DNA of 64,000 nt. Origin: Octopus vulgaris (lineage: Eukaryota). The notes under the pieces are model-generated. The model saw only the letters and a program-made list of their open reading frames with translations. It searched no databases and had not been told where the DNA came from. Every line of letters begins with the position of its first letter. The first letter of the stretch is position 1. This document shows positions 57,778 through 64,000 of this stretch, in pieces. Both the position numbers and the translations under genes were made by a program. The stretch spans positions 110,112,001 through 110,176,000 of the forward strand of contig OX597816.1 in assembly GCA_951406725.2 (NCBI GenBank), given 5' to 3'.

Positions 57778-60010
57778 AAGTTGTGTTTGGAATTTTTCAA
57801 TAAAGAGATTCTCCTTGTTAATTCTCTCCTGTGTGGTGATCCCGTCTTTACATTGGTAGAAGGGGAATATATAGAATTTGGGGTTAAAGTCTTTAGCATA
57901 TGAGTCTAAGTGGTCACTCAGTGGAATTTGTCGGTATTCCGGGAGATTTATTTGTTCTTTATGCACCGTTACTTGTTTACGTAACGGGAGACTCGTTTGT
58001 CCAACATAATTATGTTGGCAACCAGCGCATGTGAGAACGTAGATAAGGTTCTCGGAGGAACAGGAGAAGTTAGTCTTGATTTTAAACTTCGTACCTTGTT
58101 TGAAGGTAAATTCAGAGCCTTCAAGTAGAAAGGGGCAGGTACCACAGTTTGAGCGTGCACATTTTTTACTGTTGGGGGTGGATGTGGTGTGTGAAGTTTG
58201 GCATTTGTCAAGAGTTTTTTTAAAGATTTGTGTTGCCTTTTACATTTGAGGATTTTGTGTGTATTTATAATGTTTTTCATTTTTGGGTCTGTTGACAGTA
58301 GACTGAGGTTTTGTATGATTGTGGTGTATGCTTCGATATTTTTGGGGTTGTGGGTGGAAATGTATGGAAGTATTTTGAGGTTGTGTGTGGTGTTAGGTTG
58401 GGTGGTTTTCAGTGTAGTGTTATCTAGTTCTTTGGCGCGTTTTATTCCATACTCTATAAGGGTGGAGGGATATTGACGTTGTAATAGTGTTTTTTTGAGG
58501 TCTTGAAGGCGTATTTCTCGTGTTTTTGGATCCGAGACAATGGTGCATACCCTTTTAGCTAAATTGAAAGGGATATTTGTCTTGGTGTGTTTTGGGTGGC
58601 ATGAACTAAAGAGGAGGTATTGTTGTGAGTCTGTAGGTTTGTGGTAGATGTCTGTTATGATTTGGTTCTTAGGTCTTTTTATAATTAGGAGATCAAGGAA
58701 TGGGAGATGATGTTTGCTTAATTCCATAGTGAATTGGATGTTGGGATGTATGTTGTTTAGTATGGTTTTGAATTCCAGGAGTTTTTCATAAGGTTCTTTC
58801 CATATGATGAAACAATCATCTAAATACCTTTTCCAGTTTTCCATTAGGTAGGTGTGGAAAACATGTCCAGATTTCTGGCTTGATATTTCATAGAGTGACA
58901 GTTCGAAGTAACCCATTATGAGGTTCGCAAGGACTGGTGCAGCCTTGGTACCCATCACAATACCACATTTTTGACGGTAGTGTGTGTCGTCGAAAGAAAA
59001 AAATTGTTTGTCAGAATGAACTTGAGAGATTCTGTAATAAAAGACTTGTTAATGCGGTCAGGGAATGTCTCTGGGTGTTTTTCTAGCCAGAAGTCAATTG
59101 CCTCTATACCATACTCATGTGGGATGTTGGTGTAGAGGTTGATGACATCAAAGGATACCAGGAGTGCCTCCTCGTTAACTGTTTTCGGGAGGTGTTTGAG
59201 CATGTCCAGATCATCCCTAATGAAACTTTTGATGTGGGTAAGGAAAGGTTTCAAAAGGATGTCTAGGAAGTTACTCAGGCGGTGTGTTTCACAGGAGGTA
59301 CCAGCCACGATGGGCCTTAGTTTTAGGTCCTCCGGTGCTTTGATGTTGATGTGGATGTCAGTGGAGAGTTTGCAGGCTTCGGTGATGTATTTGTATTTAT
59401 GGATTTTAGGAAGGCCATAGAAAAGGCTGGGCTTGCATTTGAAAATGGTGATATAATCCCTTTCTTTTTCTGTGAGTCCCTGACCGTGTTGGCGTATGAG
59501 TGTGGTGAGGTTTCTGATTGTTTTTTGCTGTTTGTAGTTGTTAATAACCTCATAGAAAATGTTATTGTTAAGCATGGAAAACACTAGGTGTTTATAAAAT
59601 TCCGTGTCCATAAGGACCACAGCACTCCCTTTGTCCGCTTCTTTGATGGTGAGGTTTTTATCCAGTTGTATGTCACGTAGGTTTTCCCATTCTTCCTTAC
59701 TGAAATTGGATTTTACCTTGGTTTTGCTTGGGGTAAGGGGAGACTCTGGATGTGTTTGCAGAAATCGTCCAGTGTTTTATTTCTCCCTTTTGGTGGTAGG
59801 AAGTTGCTTTTATTTCTGATCAATGAATCGTCCCCATTGTTGATATCTGTCAAAGCTTCTGTTAGGCGAAGTTTTCAGGAGAATTCAGAAACGTCATCCT
59901 TGACCTCCGGGGGTTGGGTGTTCTTGGGGTGGGTGTGAATTTCAAACCTCTTGCTAGGATGTTGATTTGGGTTGGTGTCAGTGTTTTGCTGGAGAGGTTT
60001 ATAATTTTTG
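57778..60010 (-). pseudogene. PLE polyprotein (RT, CxxxxCxxC linker, GIY-YIG), broken by four -1 frameshifts and one TGA
   Basis: NLS...LARGLKFTP, ADKGSAVVLMD, FYGLPKIHK, LRPIV, LVSFDVINLYTNIP, MGTKAAP, WKRYLDD, LPFLDL, YHKPT, SSCHP, then the endonuclease. Confidence 0.93.
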
Positions 60011-60313
60011 TTTTCTTATTTTGGGTCTGTGTTAGCGGTGGTGTTTGTATTTTTCCCCTCTGTCTAAAAAATGGTTGTTGAGGTAAGGGGTGTATTCTTT
60101 GTTAAAGTTCTGGTTTTATGTGTAGGAGTGTTTTTGGGTGGGGAGGTTGGAGGGGGTAGGTAGTTGTAGTATTTATGTTGGTATGGGATGCGATGGTGTA
60201 AGGTTTTGTGAGAAATGCGATGGGTTTGTGGGTGTGTGTCTGGTAGATTGTATGGGGGGATGTAGGGGGGGTATGTAGTTGTGGTGATTGGGTTCGTGTG
60301 TGATTGGGTTCGT

Positions 60314-60782
60314 TTTAAAAAAACTCTTGACAAATGCCAAACTTCACACACCACATCCACCCCCAACAGTAAAAAAATGTGCACGCTCAAACTGTGGTAC
60401 CTGCCCCTTTCTACTTGAAGGCTCTGAATTTACCTTCAAACAAGGTACGAAGTTTAAAATCAAGACTAACTTCTCCTGTTCCTCCGAGAACCTTATCTAC
60501 GTTCTCACATGCGCTGGTTGCCAACATAATTATGTTGGACAAACGAGTCTCCCGTTACGTAAACAAGTAACGGTGCATAAAGAACAAATAAATCTCCCGG
60601 AATACCGACAAATTCCACTGAGTGACCACTTAGACTCATGTGCTAAAGACTTTAACCCCAAATTCTATATATTCCCCTTCTACCAATGTAAAGACGGGAT
60701 CACCACACAGGAGAGAATTAACAAGGAGAATCTCTTTATTGAAAAATTCCAAACACAACTTAATATGCAAACTCCTCGTTGA
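60314..60782 (+). CDS. Uninterrupted inverted copy of the PLE Zn-finger and GIY-YIG endonuclease segment (no native start)
   Basis: KCARSNCGTC...SCSSENLIYVLTCAGCQHNYVGQT...H...HLDSC...ERINKENLFIEKFQTQLN. Confidence 0.8.
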
Positions 60783-61416
60783 TCAAACTTCCTTTCTCTA
60801 CCTCACTCTTCATGGATGGACTAACACAAATATATAAAGATACCATGCATTCATCACTTCAAGCTAAAACTTATATTCTTTAAATATCATTTTTACTATT
60901 GTTGTTATTACTATCATTTTTATTATAAATGATATGACAATTTGAAATGTAATTGTCTATGCAGATTTATATAATTAGAAAATAATATAAATAAAGTGTT
61001 AAAATCTGAAAGTTAAGTTAACAAGCAATTATATAAAAAAGATAACGCAAATGAAGCTAAAATGATAATTTTATAATTTGGGTTTACCAACAGCCCTTAT
61101 TGAAGAACTCAAAAGAGTAGTCTCCCCTTACTCACAACACAGGAACTGAAGAACCACAATTACTACTACTTCCTGTCCTGCAAACATGCTGAATTAAACC
61201 ACACAGCACATGCTCTTAATCCCTTTGGATCTTAATACATCAAGGTAATTTTTTCGTGAACAATCATAAAACTCAAGATACACAACGAACTCACAATGTA
61301 TCGGAGTACTTATTTTTTAATTTTTGTACATTTTTATCATTATTCTTTTGGAAAAACAATGCAATTTTCTTTTTTTCCCCTTTCTAATTTTTAAAAAAAA
61401 CTTTTTAAAACATAAA

Positions 61417-61457
61417 TATTCTTGACAAGTCATACAATGACGAAAACCGGTTGAATA
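61417..61457 (+). ncRNA. Variant minimal HHR (U3-A8 core) in right pseudo-LTR
   Basis: Identical to the left copy; 5 bp stems I and II. Confidence 0.7.
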
Positions 61458-61593
61458 AATATATATTTATATATTTTATCAATTTCTCATTTTATTAAAA
61501 TTTTCTTTCATTTGAGCATTCTGCATTTTTTAAAAATGTTTTCCTTACTTATCATTTCTCCACGTGCGGTCAACACAACCCCACCATTTATTG

Positions 61594-61634
<41 letters not shown>

Positions 61635-62271
61635 GGAAGAAGTTCTGAAACAAGGTGCATTCAATATCAACGTCAAATGATCTGTTGACATCTGCCAAGT
61701 GGCATGTTATTCATTGGTTGCATTTAATGATAGATTAAGGACCATACATGCAAGCATTTCGACGTATGTTCAACCAGTTGGATTTGTTTTGGCAAGCCAC
61801 ACATACATAGGTCAAATTCAGCGTTTTATGTTATGGTGTTGTCATTACCTTCAGCTGAGGGGTATGTGTGTTGCAATTTGAAGCCAATATAGATGTTTAG
61901 GCTACGATGATTTTTTCCATTGATAGGTGTGGAATTTATGCGTATCTTCGTGGATATCCATAAGCACAAATGCACCTGTGCTTCAATATACCTGGAGGAT
62001 CATGCACACGCAGGTTATATGACCAAACACAAACACAGACAAACATATAATTACACATTAAAACACGCACTTGTACTGTATGTGGGTACAGATATCAGAC
62101 ATATACAGATATAAGATATATACACATGCGTGGGCACAACTCTATGAGGCATACTAAAATAAATACGCATATGTATATACATGTAGGTATACATGTTCAC
62201 ACAATGAAACACACACCTGCTCATACACATATACACAAATGAACAAATCTAATATATGTATACAGATACAA

Positions 62272-62278
62272 TTATCTA

Positions 62279-62344
<66 letters not shown>

Positions 62345-62368
62345 ACTATCTATCTATCTATCTATCTA
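62272..62368. repeat. (CTAT)n microsatellite
   Basis: Direct inspection. Confidence 0.95.
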
Positions 62369-62737
62369 CGCACGCGCACACACTCACTCAGACACATATA
62401 TAAATGAAAGAGCCAAGAATCAAGACGTAGGAAGAAAGTCAGATTCAACCAATCCGTAATAAACATAAAAAAAACAACTTTCAAGATGAATGATGGCTTA
62501 TTGAGGCGGAAGGCTGTGGATTTTTTTGTATCGAAATACGATGAACTAAAAAGAAAATGATAGGCAACAAGGATTGCCGGATATACGAATAAGAATACAA
62601 GAATTAAGGAACGGGTTAGTTAAGATCCGGGCTACATATGTCTTATAGCGATCAGAACCTCAGAAGTAGAAAGTATCCAAGCGAGGTGTATACTGCAAGC
62701 TAATCCTTAGGCGAAGGGCATCTTGATATATATATAT

Positions 62738-62838
62738 ATAAAACTTACTATTAATAAAAGCCAGGGTGTTTTACGTTCTGGTATTTAAAACGAAACGCAA
62801 CGCATCGTGGCTTTTATAAACAGTAACTTGTTTTCTAT
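62738..62838. repeat. ~100 bp imperfect fold-back / MITE-like hairpin next to (TA)n
   Basis: TTACTATTAATAAAAGCCA pairs imperfectly with TGGCTTTTATAAACAGTAA. Confidence 0.5.
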
Positions 62839-64000
62839 ATCCGTGTCATCTATTTCTAGCCTTTCCTCTTTCTCTTTTTTCTCCCTTCGTCTCATTCCTT
62901 TGTGTGTGTTTCTCTTTCTCTCTTGCCTGTCTTACTTCCATTTCTAGCCTTTCTGCTTTCCCTTTGTCTTCCTCTTCATCCTTTCCCCGTTTCTTTTGTC
63001 ACTCTCTTTCAACCGTTTCTCCTCTGCTTGTTGCTTACAGGTAACCCGTGGCCAGCGTTTCTTTGTTTCTCGCCTCTTTTACACTGGTGGCGTAGCTGAC
63101 GGGTCCTAAATTCCTTGTGTCCCACTGGTACACGTTTTGCATTTTCTCACCTTTCTAATCCTTTAGGATTAACTTCTAATCGTTATTCACCATACGTGTC
63201 TTTCTGGCCCAGGCGCTGTATTCTGCTCGTTTCTTATATGTTTCGTCATTTTACTTCACCCATCGTCTTAGATTACATTTATTCACTTTCGTATGTCCAG
63301 TTCTGCATCGCTTTTTATCCATGTACCATTTCCTCTCGGTCCTATATTCTCCGCACTTTTGTGGACACTGCCATCATGGGACACATTTCAGTTTTATCAT
63401 TAATGGCGCAAAACTGAGTAATACCAGTGCTTCATAACTGATGCAGAATTAGAGATCTTCTATGTGTGTCTTTTGCCTGTTTGTGCACTCAATATACGTC
63501 AAAGAGAGAGTAAGGGAGAGAAAGATGGTGTTACTTCGCATGCGACCTTGTGATATACAGCTATTAAAGTGAGAACGATTTTGATTCTTTAAAAATATAT
63601 ATTTTCGCACTTAAAATGAACAATAAAGAATGATGAAGCAAATTATTATTATATTTTTTTATCGATATCTCAATTGCATGCACGTTTAAGTGAATTAATC
63701 TTCGTCAGCGCAACTTCGAAGATAATTGCGTATTTACCATTACTGTAGACATATATTGTAGCGTTCATTTCGAAATTGTCTTATTAATAGTAGCAGTACA
63801 GCTATATCAATTAAATCAGATTTGGGTGGAACTGAAGAAAACTTTAGAGAGTATATAGAAACTCGTAGTTTCGTTTTTGTTTTTATTCTTAGCTAAAAGT
63901 CATACTAGATCTTCATTGTATGAGATGTATCTAATTACACTGGAAGACTTATTTTCATTTTAGATATTTGCACGACTGAGTATACTAGATTATGTCGTTA

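Larger units (their letters stand above)
57025..61595 (-). mobile_element. Young Penelope-like retroelement (Neptune-type architecture) with ~1.2 kb inverted pseudo-LTR
   Basis: ~60314-61546 is a near-identical reverse complement of ~57025-58224; RT and GIY-YIG between; (TA)n at 57008-57023 and 61617-61634. Confidence 0.95.

Noticed and set aside
59875-59877. In-frame TGA as possible selenocysteine codon
   Set aside because: Falls at a probable Arg position (FSRKLRL-like), consistent with CGA-to-TGA; no SECIS identified.
61012-61041. GT...AG segment present in only one PLE arm as a spliced intron
   Set aside because: Removing GT..AG does not reproduce the other arm; a ~29 nt indel at AAAG microhomology fits better and it is very short for an intron.

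Overview
AT-rich, repeat-saturated eukaryotic DNA with no recognisable host protein-coding exon. The SINE families and microsatellite density suggest an octopus or other cephalopod genome (inference from recall, not a search). Almost all ORFs in the track are microsatellite artefacts. Real content: (i) a young, nearly complete Penelope-like retroelement (PLE; RT, Zn-finger linker, GIY-YIG) at ~57025-61595 with ~1.2 kb inverted arms; (ii) an older PLE with the same inverted architecture (39580-42330) and several PLE fragments; (iii) about 15 minimal hammerhead-ribozyme (HHR) motifs or remnants, most with a self-complementary stem-III loop, some with the compensated U3-A8 core, mostly in small fold-back elements next to (TA)n arrays; (iv) decayed LINEs (R4/Dong-like, RTE-like, CR1/L2-group), a solo LTR nested in a SINE, a mariner remnant, non-autonomous Helitron-like elements and at least three tRNA-derived SINE types. 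The most interesting signal is the diverse set of HHR-carrying, (TA)n-associated PLE derivatives. Coordinates were read by eye and may be off by a few bases.
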